DNA of 64,000 nucleotides from an uncultured Gemmatimonadaceae bacterium. GTDB taxonomy: Bacteria; Gemmatimonadota; Gemmatimonadetes; Gemmatimonadales; Gemmatimonadaceae. A model generated the notes under the pieces. It was not told the DNA's origin. It did no database searches and worked only from the letters and a program-made list of their open reading frames with translations. Below, piece after piece: positions 12,141 through 23,390 of this stretch (position 1 is its first letter; every line of letters begins with the position of its first letter). The DNA lies in the NCBI GenBank assembly GCA_963829055.1, contig CAWHHI010000003.1, positions 256,001-320,000 on the forward strand, in the 5' to 3' direction. A program made the position numbers and the translations under genes.

Positions 12141-15100
12141 TCACCGATCGCCAACAACCCGATAGAACCGGACCGCCGACCGTCGATTCTCAGCGTAGCT
12201 GAGCGTCATCGACCACCCCGGTCCCGCCCGCACTTCCGACGCGAACTGACCGTTAGGCGGTAGCGCGATCCTCGTCAGGCGTCGCGTCGTCAGGTCAACG
12301 AGAACGACATCGCGCTTGTACGTCATCGACGTCGCGCGGAGTCCCGGCCCCAGCGCCACCACACCGAGGTCGCGTGACGAGAGCCTTGCGATCTCCGTCG
12401 CCACCCCCGCCGCGCTCACGGAGTAGAGCGCAGTCCCGCTCCGCCGCTGCACCGAACACGCCGCCGCCCCGCCACTCGGCTGGCCACACTGCGTGGCACC
12501 CTGGAGTGTCGCCACGTGACGCACCGTGTCGCCGTGCACCCTGAACAGATCGGTGTGGAATGCGTCTATCCCGCTGACCATCGCCCATAACGAGATCGGA
12601 GTCGCACGCAGCCGGTTCGCGATACGTCGGCACGATCACCGCCGACGCCGAGCCGAAGACGATCGGCTCACCCACCATCGAGATCGTGTCCGGTATCCCC
12701 GCGCGCCGCGTGGCGCCGTGCTCGCCGATCTTCCCCATCACGACAGCCGTCCGGTCGTTGTCGAGGTCTTCGCCGATGACGCTCCACGTCCCCGTGTCCC
12801 GCTCGAGTGTGAGACGCGGAGCCAACAGCTCGAGATCGGCGATCGTGTCGGTCCAGATGGGCGGACCGCCTCCGTCCACGCGTTCGAGTCGCAGCGCCAC
12901 GCCGCGCTCGAGGACATCGAGGAGCAACATCCGCTCGTCGTCCACGAAGTCACCGGCGACCGCCGCGAGCTCGCGTAATCCCCCTCCCCACCGACGCGGC
13001 CCGCGAGAAGCACCTGCGCGGGACGGGCGGCCGCGCGCCGCACTGACGGGGCTCTGAGCACGAGGAAGTGCTTCCCATCCGGCGACACGCGAAGCCCCTG
13101 CCCCGCACCACCGAGATCCGTCTCCGACACGAGCGCCGCCCGCGCCGTGCCCTCAGCGAGCGCCTCGCGGTGCGTCCACACCGAGCGATCCACGCCCACC
13201 GTCGCGGCAGCTGAGGCGGCGACGATGGCGGCGAAGGCTGCCTGACGACTCCGGGGTGTTTGCAGCCGTGAAGAGCGCCGCCGCAAGGCCCGCCAGCGCC
13301 GTCCCTAACGTGCCGAAGATCGGCGCGCCGACGATGGACGCCTCCGGCATCTGCACGATCTCCCACGCCGTGATGAGCGCGACGGCCGCGGCCAACGCCC
13401 CGAGCACGCGCAATGTCAGACCCAGATGATCCCGGCCGCGCCCCGCCTTCACGAGGCGACTTGCGAGGTAGATCGCGACCACGCCGAGCACCGCCATGGC
13501 CACGAGCCCGAGGCGGGCGATGTCCTCGTCGAACCCGCCGCTGCCTTCCAGCCAGCCGAGGATCGCTCGCGCGATGCTCATGGCTCCGAGCGCCGCGAAC
13601 GCGGCCGGAGCGGGTTTCCACAGCACGATGAAGAGGGGAACCAGCACGATCCCCGTCTGCCCGGCGAGCACGCTGACGAGGAACGCGATGATCGCGACGG
13701 GCTTCGGCGCGACCCTCGTCGGCGCGGGAAGGACCTTGCCCAGCTTCAGGTCGACGATATCGAGCGTGCGCTGAACGCGCGCGACGTCCTCCGCGGCGAG
13801 CGGCACGGTCCACGCGTCGCCACTCCGCGTGCGCGCGGCAATCGCCCTCGCGTCCCCCGCGGCGGTCACGCGCAACTCGGCGAGGTCGGCGTAGTTCACC
13901 GCCCGGTAGCTCGACGCGGCCTCGCGCAGCGTCGCCAGATCGGCGGCGGTTCCCTCCGGCACGCCGTCGAGCCAGTACGAGCGCGCGTGGTCCAGCACGA
14001 CCCAGCTGCCGGGTCGCGTCGAGCGGATCGCCGTCGCCGCGTCGAGTTGTTCGGTGGCGCTGGGAGCGCCCGCGCGAATGGCCTGAATGCGCCGGACCAG
14101 GCTCGGGTGCGTCGACGCCCGCTCCATGTCCACCGCATAACGACGCGGGATGCGGGCGTGCAGATGCAGTTTCACGAGGGCGCGCACCAGCGCTTCCGGA
14201 TCGCCGGACAGCGCGGCCGCACGCAGGTCGCTCTCCGTCTCGTGCTGCTGGCTCTTCGCCGCGCGACGAACGAGCGCCGTGAGCACGAGCAGAGGCCACA
14301 GCCACCCGATCCACCCCTCGGCCGATCCGACCTGCGCCGCCGGCATAACGAGTGGCAGCACGAGCGGCAGCGACACCCCGATGCCGATGAGGGCCCGGTT
14401 GATGAGTTGCGAGCGCCTGACGCGGCGGGGCGTCAAATGGTCGAAGTGCGCGATCTCGTGCGCGAAGATCGCCGTCGCCTCGTCGGCGTCCAGAAGCTCG
14501 AGCAGTGCCGTGCCCAGGGCGACGGACGGCTGACGGACCGACGGCAGCGCCACCGCGTTCACGAACCGCGATCCTTTGGGTCCCACGCGATACACTCGGG
14601 GAGTGACTGTGCCCGCTCGCCGGACGATCTCCTCGAACCTCGGCGTGAGCTCGGGGCTCACGAGCGGCTCGCCCGCGTGCGCCCAGAGCCAGATGCGCGG
14701 ATACCACATCTCCCACGCGATCAACAGCGCGGCGAGCGCCGTCGCCAGCACCACGGCGAGCCAACGCCGCTCCCCGCCCATGCCTTCCATAACGCGGCGC
14801 ACGAGACTCGGCGCGTACGCGAGCGCGATCCAGAAGCCGAAACCGCCCGCCACGGAGATCGCCGTGTGCCAGAGGTAGGCGCCAAACCCCCACGTTTCGC
14901 CGAGCAGACGCGTACGCAGCGGATACGCGACCGCGATCATCGAGACGATGAGCAGGGGAATCCCCCACGCCGAGCTCGCGCCGCCGAACATGATCATGAC
15001 GACGATGGCGAACGCGATGGTCGCACGTTCGCGCGACGGCGGCTGGCCAGCAGCTCGGGCAGTGCCGGGTCGTCGCGCTGCTGCAGGGCGCGCCGGTCGC

Positions 15101-15194
15101 TCCACCAGGCGAGCAGCGCCGGCATGAGCGCCGCGAACGCCGTCAGCGTCGGGCGGACCGGGAATGCGCCGTCCAGGAAGGGTATTGGGATCAT
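12141..15194 (-). CDS. M48-family membrane zinc metalloprotease with long C-terminal extension (about 1000 aa if frames are joined)
   Basis: VNAVAL, AIFAHEIAH, ETESDLRA, STHPSLVRRI; overlapping fragments 14994-15194, 13153-15105, 12738-13286, 12295-12945, 12141-12581. Confidence 0.75.
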
Positions 15195-15430
15195 TTAACG
15201 CCTGTGACGCGAGGCATCGGCTTGCTGGCGCATAACGACAGCGAAGGACCGTTGCTGACGAATGATGCCACGGAACGTTGCGTCCGAACGTTTCTGAACG
15301 TTGCGGATGGCTCCCGCGTTATGACAAGGACCGCCTTGTCGTCGCGACCCGAGTCGATGGCTTTCTAAACGTCAGGTTAACGACGAACGGTCAGGAATCG
15401 TCTGGTGCCCGTTAGGCTGTTAGGCAGATG

Positions 15431-15459
15431 TTGGACATAACGCCAAACCACACTATCTT
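15431..15459 (+). promoter_or_regulatory. Sigma70-type promoter, probably leaderless transcript
   Basis: TTGGAC-17 bp-TATCTT, ATG 7 nt after the -10 box, no SD. Confidence 0.55.
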
Positions 15460-15466
15460 AGAGCCC

Positions 15467-15769
15467 ATGGCTACCACAACTGCTCGCAAGCGTGCCGCGT
15501 CAGGCGGCGCCAAGCGTCCCGGCATCAGCCGGATCGACCAGGAGTCCACTCGCACCCACGGCTTCTTCGCGCGCTTCGGCTATGCGCGTGACAAGAGCGG
15601 CACGTGGCGTCCAAAGCACCGCGCGTTCTTCGGCGATGCGAGCCACGGCAGCAAGCGCAAAGCGCTCGAGGCCGCGGAAGCCTGGCTCGGGAAGATCGAG
15701 CGTGCTGAGAAGCGCGCGGGCGGCGCAGCAAAGCCGGCCGCGAAGAAAGCAGCAGCGAAGAAGAAGTAG
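15467..15769 (+). CDS. Small basic protein with AP2-like DNA-binding domain and Lys/Ala-rich tail
   Basis: GISRIDQESTRTHGFFARF..RAFFGDASHGSKRKALEAAEAW resembles bacterial AP2 domains; tail AAKPAAKKAAAKKK. Confidence 0.65.
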   Translation: MATTTARKRAASGGAKRPGISRIDQESTRTHGFFARFGYARDKSGTWRPKHRAFFGDASHGSKRKALEAAEAWLGKIERAEKRAGGAAKPAAKKAAAKKK

Positions 15770-15922
15770 CACTTTCCTCGCTGACCGGCCGCCCGCGCTA
15801 CGACTGCCAGTAGCGCGGGGGAACGAGTGCCCCCTGCGAGTTGCGAGAACGGCCTCGAGACGCATCGTGTCCCGAGGCCGTGTTGGCAACGCGTCGCCCG
15901 AGCGACGCCGCTAGCGCCTGCG

Positions 15923-16538
15923 TCATCCCTGCTTCGACCGCAGATCCTCCGCCGCCTTGCGCCCGGTGTCGAGGCTCACGCGCACGTCGCTCAGGAACTT
16001 CCGCACCGGCTCCTGACGCACGCCGCCGTTCTCGAGCGCGTCGTCGATCTCGTCCATGAGGTCCTTCCGGACCTTGATCACGCGGTCCAGATACGCACGA
16101 TTGAAATCGGCCCCGCTGCGTCGACTGCAGGTCCCGCATTGCCTCCGCCTGGTCACCGATGACGTCGCGGTCGGGAAGCACCGGCGCGATATTCAGGCGG
16201 TCGGCCGTCGACTTGATGCCGCTGCGCGTCACCGCGTTCTCACTCACCGCCTTCGTCGCGAAGTCGTTCACCGCACCCGTGCGTCTTGCTCTGCGCCAGT
16301 CGATCGGTCGCGATCATCGCCGAGTACGCGGTATCGAGCAACGCGAAGACGTTCTCGTCGGTGAGCATCGCGGCGACCGTCGTCGCAACGGACGCCGGCG
16401 CCGAGTCGATCACGCCGACACGACCCGCCGACGTGTCGACCTGCGGCGTACGACGATCGCCACCGTACGCCAGTGGCATGCGACCGCGGCCGACACGGCA
16501 ACGACGCCGAAAACTCGAACATTTACCGAACGTGTCAT
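15923..16538 (-). CDS. DUF4142-like exported/lipoprotein (frameshifted)
   Basis: Signal ending AAVAC; LTDENVFALLDTAYSAMIATDRLAQSK..DFATKAV; GADFNRAYLDRVIK. Confidence 0.6.
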
Positions 16539-16622
16539 GATGCACCCCGCTTGGCTGAGCGTGACCCCTGAACGGTGACAGCTGACGACAGCACCGAGCG
16601 CGCAAAGCATACCGCGAGCCAG

Positions 16623-17818
16623 ATGACCTCCCGACTCTACTATACGGACGCCTACCTCACCGCCTTCGACGGACGCATCACCGAGATCTCCGCCGACGGG
16701 CAGCCGCGTGTATCTCGACCGAGACCGCCTTCTACCCCGCGTCAGGCGGCCAGCCGTTCGACCTCGGCTCACTGGGCGGCGCGCCGGTCGCCGACGTCGT
16801 CGACGAGGACGAGCGCGTCGCACACGTGCTCGCCGCACCGCTGTCCGGCCGCGCGGTCGGTGACACGGTGCACGGCGAGATCGACTGGCGGCGGCGCTTC
16901 GATCACATGCAGCAGCACACGGGGCAGCATCTCCTGTCGGCAGTGTTCGCTGACCTCTTCGGCTACGAGACGGTGAGCGTGCACTTCGGCGCCGACCGCT
17001 CGTCGCTCGATCTCGACGTCGGCGCGATCGACGCCCAGCGCGTTAGGCGAGGCCGAACGTCGCGCGAACGAGATCGTGTGGGAGAATCGACCGGTGAGCG
17101 TGAGCGTTCGAGGAGTCCGCCACGGCCACGGGTCTCCGGAAGCCGCCGCCGCGCGAAGGGACGCTCCGCGTCGTGACCATCGAGGCGCTCGACCGCAGCG
17201 CGTGCGGCGGCACGCACGTGCGCGCCACGGGCGAGATCGGCGCCATCATGCTGCGCGGGACGGAGCGCATGCGGAAACAGACGCGGGTCGAGTTCCTCTG
17301 CGGCGGCCGCGTGATTCGTCAGGCACGCGCCGACTTCGAAACGCTGTCCGCGATCGCGCTCTCGCTCAAGGCGTCGGCGCCGAAGCACCTGCACTCGTGG
17401 TGGCGCAGAGCGAGCAGCTTGCGCGACGCGCTGGCGGCGCGCAAGCGCCTCGAAGGCGAGCTCGCCGTGCACAAGGCTCGGGCCCTGTACGACATGCCAC
17501 GCGCCGACGCCGGCAGGCGTGCGCGTCGCTGTAGTGCGACGCGACGCCGGCTCGCTCGAGGAGATGCGCCCGTTCGCGCAGGCGTTCGCTGCGTTGCCGC
17601 AAGGCGGCGTTCGATCGCGGCGATCGCATCGCCCGCCGACGGTGCTCGTCGCCGCATCGGAAGACTCGGGCGTCGATGCCGGCGCCGTACTCAAGGCTGG
17701 CACTGACAGCGGCCGGCGGTCGCGGCGGCGGCTCGCCGCGGCTCGCGCAGGGCACCGTTCCTAACGCGGACGCGCTCGAGCGCGGTGGTGCGCGTCCGTG
17801 CAGGCAGCGTTCGCGTGA
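16623..17818 (+). CDS. AlaX-like alanyl-tRNA editing protein with DHHA1-type C-terminus (frameshifted)
   Basis: MTSRLYYTDAYL, TAFYPASGGQPFDLG, RRFDHMQQHTGQHLLSA, CGGTHV, GGRGGG. Confidence 0.88.
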
Positions 17819-17848
17819 GGTACCGCGCGATCGCGACGCGCACTCGTT

Positions 17849-19356
17849 ATGACGCCCGCCGTGCTGGTCGGTCAGCGTGACGCCGCCAACCGACTCGCTT
17901 GCGGTCGCCCGCTGGACACGACCGATCATCGCATCGATGTCGACGCTGCCGGCCGGGTCGCGTCGTACGCGCATGGTCGTCCCGCGCGGACACGTCGCAG
18001 CGTTATGCACTCTACCTGCCGTCCGCGTTCACGCGCGACCGGCAGTGGCCCGTGCTCTTCCTGCTCGACCCGCGCGGGCGGGCGCTCGTGCCCATGCAGC
18101 GCTTCCAGCCGGTCGCTGAGCGACTCGGGTACATCGTCGATCAGCTCGTACAACACGCTGAGCGACGGCCCCGCCGAGCCTAACTACACGGCCATGAACG
18201 GCCATGCTGGACGACGTGCAGCGATCGTTGCCGGTGAACTCACGGCGCTTCTACCTCGTCGGCTTCTCCGGGACGGCGCGGTTTGCGTGGGAGATGACCA
18301 CGCAACTTCACGGGTAGCGTCGCCGGCATCATCGGCGCGGGCGCGTCGGTGCCCGGCGGTACATCGTGGATCCGCGCGAACATCGGGAAGTCGTCGCCGG
18401 TGTTGTTCGGCACGATCGGCATGCTCGACATGAACTACGAGGAGGTGCGCATCGTTCGACGCCGAGCTCGATGCCATTGGCGCGATGCATCACGTCGAGC
18501 GGTTCGACGGCGGGCACCAGTGGCCACCGACGGAGTTGGCGGCACGCTCGGTCGAATGGCTCGACGCTGCAGGCGATGCGGCGGGGACTCGAGGCCACGC
18601 AACCAGCCGTGGATCGATTCACTCTACGGCGCGTGGCTCGCGCGTGCGGCTCGGGTCGACTCAGCTCGGCGACGCCCCCGCCGCGGCGCGGCAGTATCGG
18701 CTCGTCCGCGCCGACTTCGACGGTCTCACGGACGTCGGTGCCGCGGCTGCGCGCCTGGGCGCGCTCGAGCGGGATCGATCGCGTCCGCCGCAGCGTCGCC
18801 GCAGAGAACGCGATCGCCGAGCGCGACTGCGCGATGGAGCTCAGGCAGCTCATGTCGTTCGTGGCCGAGATGAGGCGCGCGCCGTCGCCGCCGTCGATCG
18901 ACCAGGCGCGGAAGCGGCTCGAGCTCGATCGCGCTGCGTCGCGATGCCGCGCGCACGGACGATTCGACGTCCGCGATCGCGGCGCGGCGCGCGCTCGAAC
19001 GGATCTTCGCGCACATGTCGTTCTACGCGCCGCGGGAGTTCCTCGATACCCAGCGTTATGCATACGCGGCGTCCGCCCTTCAGGTCGCGCGACTCATCAA
19101 ACCGAATGACGGTGGCGTGTGCTTCTGGCAAGCACGGGCGCTCGCGCAGATGGGCGACAAACCGAGCGCGCTCCAGGCGCTGGAGTGCGCGGTCGCAAGC
19201 AAACAGGTGACGGCGGCGGCGATCGAGGCGGACACGCTGCTCACACCGCTCCGTGGCGAGGCGAAATACCGCGAGATCCTCTCGCGACCGTGGGTCATTC
19301 CGAGCGAGCGCAGCCGAGTGCCGGGCGCAGTCGAGGAATCGCGAGCTTCCAGGTAG
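17849..19356 (+). CDS. Putative alpha/beta-hydrolase-like protein with C-terminal TPR-like region (frameshifted)
   Basis: YALYLPSAFTRDRQWPVLFLLDPRGR, VGFSGTAR, FDGGHQWPP, FWQARALAQMGDKPSALQALE. Confidence 0.65.
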
Positions 19357-19424
19357 AGAGGCCCTCTACAGCGCAGGGCCTCGATTCCTCGACTCCGCGC
19401 CTGCGGCGCTCCGCTCGGAATGAC
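19294..19424. repeat. REP/MITE-like element, GTCATTCCGAGC family
   Basis: gtcattccgagc ... gctcggaatgac with inner agtcgaggaatc/gattcctcgact stem; overlaps 3' end of upstream CDS. Confidence 0.85.
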
Positions 19425-19455
19425 AAGCGGCTCGTTTGTTGTATACAGACTCTAC

Positions 19456-19979
19456 ATGGCCAGCCGCTCGCGCTTCCCGCGCTACCCGGAACAGGTGACC
19501 CCGCCCGCGAAGATCTCCACGCGCGGCGGCGGTGTCGCGCGTGCGCGTGGGCTCGCGCGGCTGCTCGACGACCTCATTCGTGTTCCCGGCACCAACATCG
19601 GGATCGGACTCGACCCCATCATCGGGCTCATCCCCGGAGTCGGCGACGTGACTCGGCGGGCGTGATGTCGAGCTACATCCTGCTCGTCGCCGCCCAGGAA
19701 GGCGCTCCGACATCCGTGCTCGTGCGCATGCTCGGCAACATCGCGCTCGACAGCCTCGTCGGCATCGTGCCCGTGTTCGGCGACCTGTTCGACGTCGGCG
19801 TGAAGTCCAACCGCCGCAACGTCGACCTGCTCGAGCGCTATCTCGGCGCGCCGAGGGAAACGAAGGCGGCGAGCCGAGGCGTCGTCGCCCTCATTGTCCT
19901 TGCGCTGGTACTGCTGATCGCCGGCGTCGTCGCGGCCGGGGTTCTGGTCGTGAAGCTGCTCGGTCGCCTGCTGGGCTGA
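19456..19979 (+). CDS. DUF4112-family membrane protein
   Basis: LARLLDDLIRVPGTNIGIGLDPIIGLIPGVGD, RMLGNIALDSLVGIVPVFGDLFDVGVKSNRRN. Confidence 0.88.
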
Positions 19980-19997
19980 CCGCTCTGCACGCGGACG

Positions 19998-22689
19998 CTA
20001 CTCGCTCCGCAGTGCCTCCAGCGGATCTACGCGAACCGCCCGCCACGCCGGCACGAGGCACGCCGCGAGCGTGACCGCGAGCAACACCGCGGCGACACCG
20101 ATGAACGTCAGCGCATCGGTCGGCCTCACACCGTAGAGCAGCTTCGTCAGCACCCGCCCTAACGCGGCAGCGCCCAGCAGCCCGATCGTGAGCCCGGCGA
20201 CCGCCGAGCCGAGTGCCCTGACGCACGATCATGCCGAAGACGTTGCTCGGTTGCGCGCCGAGGGCCACGCGGACGCCGATCTCGCGCGTCCGCGCCGCAA
20301 CCGAGTACGCCATGACGCCGTACACGCCGACCGCCGCGAGCACGAGCGCGAGCAGCGCAAACGCCGCCATGAGCTGCATCGGCAGGCGCCGGTCGGTGAG
20401 CCCCATCGACTGCACGTCTCGCAGCGTGCGGGGCTCGACTACCGGGAGCGTGGGGTCGATGGCTTTGCACCTCGCGACGCACGGCCGGCAGCAGCGCCAT
20501 CGGGTCCCCGGTCGTGCGGATCGACGATCGGCCTGCCCCGCCCCAGTGGTCCTGCCGCGACGAGACGTAGACCGTCGGACGCGGCTCGCCAGCGACACCC
20601 ATGCGCACATCGCCCACGACGCCGACGACCGTCGATCCACGGATCGTTAGGGTTCGGGCCGAGCCGGATGCGCGCGCCGATCGGGTCGGCGTTAGGCCAG
20701 AACTGCCTGCGCGACCAGCGACTCGCTCAGGATCACGACACGCGGCGTCTGCTTCGTGTCCCCGGGCCGAAGACCCGACCGCGCTTGAGCGGGATGCCCG
20801 ATGGTCTTGAACAGGTCGTCGGAGACAGGTTGATAGCCTACCTCCGGCAGCTTCCCTTCGGGCACGCGGACGACCCGTCGATCGCCAGCGACGCCGAAGC
20901 CCCGCCGCGCAGCGGCAGGTTGCCGAAACCGCCAGCCGAGACCACGCCGGGCAACGCGGCGAGCCGAGCGTACAGCTGGTTGAAGAACGTGTCCTCGGCG
21001 TCGGGACTCTCGTAGCGCTTCCCGCGAGAGTCCGATCTCGAACGTGAGCACCGAATCGATCGAGTACCCGAGGCTCGATCGTCTGTAGCCGCAGGAGACT
21101 GCGGACGAGCAGATCCGGCGCCGACGAGCAGCACGACGGCAAGCGCGAGCTGTCCTGTCACGAGCGCGGTTCGCAACCGGTGACGGGAGACGCCGCCGCT
21201 GGAACCGCGCCCAGCATCCTTGAGGGCGAGGTGAACGCCGCGAGACGCGCTGAGCGCCGGCACGAGCCCGAACAGCACGCCACAGACGACCGTCACAGCG
21301 AACGCCACCGCGAGCACCGTCCGGTCGACGCCGATCCCGCCCGTAGCTCGGCAGCATTGTGCCGGCGGACGCGACCAGCGCGTGCGCTCCCCAGACCGCG
21401 AGCGCCACCCCGACCACGCCGCCGCAGACCGCGAGGACGAGGCTCTCGGTCATCATCTGTCGGACGAGTCGCGCCCGGCCGGCACCTAACGCCACGCGGA
21501 CCGCGAGCTCCTGGCGGCGCGACACGGCGCGCGACAGCAACATGCCGGCTACGTTCGCGCAGGCAATGAGCAGGACGAGCGCGGACGCTCCGAACAGCAC
21601 CAGCAGTGCCGGCCGAGTGTCGCCGACGACCGCGTCTCGCACGCCGAGCATGCTCGACGTAATGTTGGTGTTCGCTTCCGGGTAGTCCCGTTCGAGCTGC
21701 CTGGCATGATGGCGATCGAGGTCCGCGCTGGCGGCGGCCTCGGTCACGTTAGGCCGCAAGTCGGCCGATCGCACCCAGGAAGTGGAACTTGCGCGCGCGA
21801 TTCACGTCCCGGAGCATGGGGCGTCAGGTCGAGCGGTGTGTAGATCTCGACCTCAGCTCACGGTCGGAAAGAAGAACGCGGGCGGGAGCACGCCGATCAC
21901 GGTGCGCGAGCGCCCGCTCAGGTTGATGCTCTTACCGATGATGCCGCTGTCCGCGCCGAAGACGCGGCGCCAGACGTCGAAGCCGAGCACGATCGTGGGC
22001 GCCGCGCCGGCGGAATCCTCGCCAATGGCGAACGTGCGCCCGAGGAGTGGGCGCACGCCCAGCACGTTGAAGACGTTCGCGTCCACGCGGAGCCCGGACA
22101 GCGGCACCGGATCGTCGGTGCCGATGTACGTCCCGCCGCCGTAGGCGAACGCTCCTATCGTCGCTGAACGAGCGCTGGCGGGCGCGCAGATCGATGAAAT
22201 CGGCCGGCGGAGAGTTGGCCCGCGGTCGGTCGGCGGAGTTCGCGTGGGCGCCCCATACGCGCACGACCCGGTCGGCATCGCGGAATGGGAGGTCGCGCAG
22301 CAACAGCGCGTTGACGACGCTGAAGATGGCCGTGTTGGCGCCGATACCTAACGCGAGCGTGATGAGCGCGACGACGGCGAACCCGGGCGATCGGCGGAGC
22401 GTTCGCCAGCTGTGCGCGACATCCTGCCGCAGCTCGGCCATGAGATCGGTACGACGTTCCTCGCGTGTGCTCATGGCGTCCTCCGCCAGGCAATATCGTT
22501 TTGTGTAATCCAGGTCGCCGAACTCGCGCACGTGCCTCGCGCCTCGCCGTCGTCCTCGGGCAGGCCCTGCTCGACCAGCTCGCGCGTCCGCATGTCGAAG
22601 TAGAAGCGCAGCTCGTCGTCGAGGTCCGCGCGCCGGCGTGCCGACGACCGCTGAGGAAGACGCAGGAACTTCCGCAAACGGCCGCTCAC
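19998..22689 (-). CDS. ADOP-type duplicated ABC permease (MacB/FtsX-like; frameshifted)
   Basis: [75 protein letters not shown]. Confidence 0.9.
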
Positions 22690-23018
22690 ACCGGCTCCAG
22701 CACCTTGAACACGGCTTCGACGTACGTGCGCCACGTGGCTGCCTCTGCCCGTAGCTGTTTCCGCCCTTCAGCCGTCAGCGCGTAGTACTTCGCGCGCCGG
22801 TTGTTCTCGGACACGCCCCATTCGGCGCGAATCCACTTCTTGCGCTCGAGTCGGTGCAGCGCCTGATAGAGCGCCGCGCTCTCGATCGTCAGCACACCCT
22901 CGGTGCGCTCGCGGATGAAGCGCGAGACGCCGTAGCCGTGCATGGGCTCCCAGGCGAGCGTGCGGAGAATGAGGACGTCGACGGTACCCTGCAGGAGATC
23001 GATCGGCGGCTTCGTCAT
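22686..23018 (-). CDS. PadR-family regulator (ADOP-associated type)
   Basis: LLQGTVDVLILRTL, HGYG, LYQALHRLE, WGVSENNRRAKYY. Confidence 0.93.
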   Translation of the reverse strand: MTKPPIDLLQGTVDVLILRTLAWEPMHGYGVSRFIRERTEGVLTIESAALYQALHRLERKKWIRAEWGVSENNRRAKYYALTAEGRKQLRAEAATWRTYVEAVFKVLEPV

Positions 23019-23022
23019 CGGC

Positions 23023-23045
23023 TTCCAGTAAGCATGTGACTGGAA
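23023..23045. promoter_or_regulatory. Candidate PadR operator, 23-bp palindrome
   Basis: TTCCAGT-aagcatgtg-ACTGGAA 4 bp upstream of padR start. Confidence 0.55.
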
Positions 23046-23169
23046 CGATGCGGAGACGGCCCAATGTGGTCAAGAGCTCAGGGACCGACGGTCGGTCACT
23101 CACGTCGCCACGCTGGCTGCGCCACGGGCTTATAGGGAGTGGCTGGCATCGTGGTCGGTATCGCGAGTA

Positions 23170-23300
23170 CCACGTCGTCAGTCGTGAGTCGCCTGTCATC
23201 AGTTTTCAGTCTCGCCTGGCGAATGGCTACGAGCCGCCAATGGTCGTCACTGACGACTCGACTGATGACTGATGACCCACGACTGCACGACTGAGAACTC
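23170..23300. repeat. Degenerate 7-bp-periodic inverted array
   Basis: gtcgtcagtcgtgagtcg..gtcatcag ... tgacgactcgactgatgactgatgac. Confidence 0.55.
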
Positions 23301-23390
23301 ACGACAGGCACGAACGTCCGCGATGCCGGTGCGCGCTGGACGCGGCGGCACGACGGCTGACAACATCAGGCGACCATTTCAAGTGAGCGC

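Noticed and set aside
13426..15198. Long antisense and alternate-frame ORFs (also 55090-56937, 41101-42360, 48202-49959)
   Set aside because: Arg/Ala/Pro-rich shadow ORFs expected at high GC; real genes lie in other frames or strands
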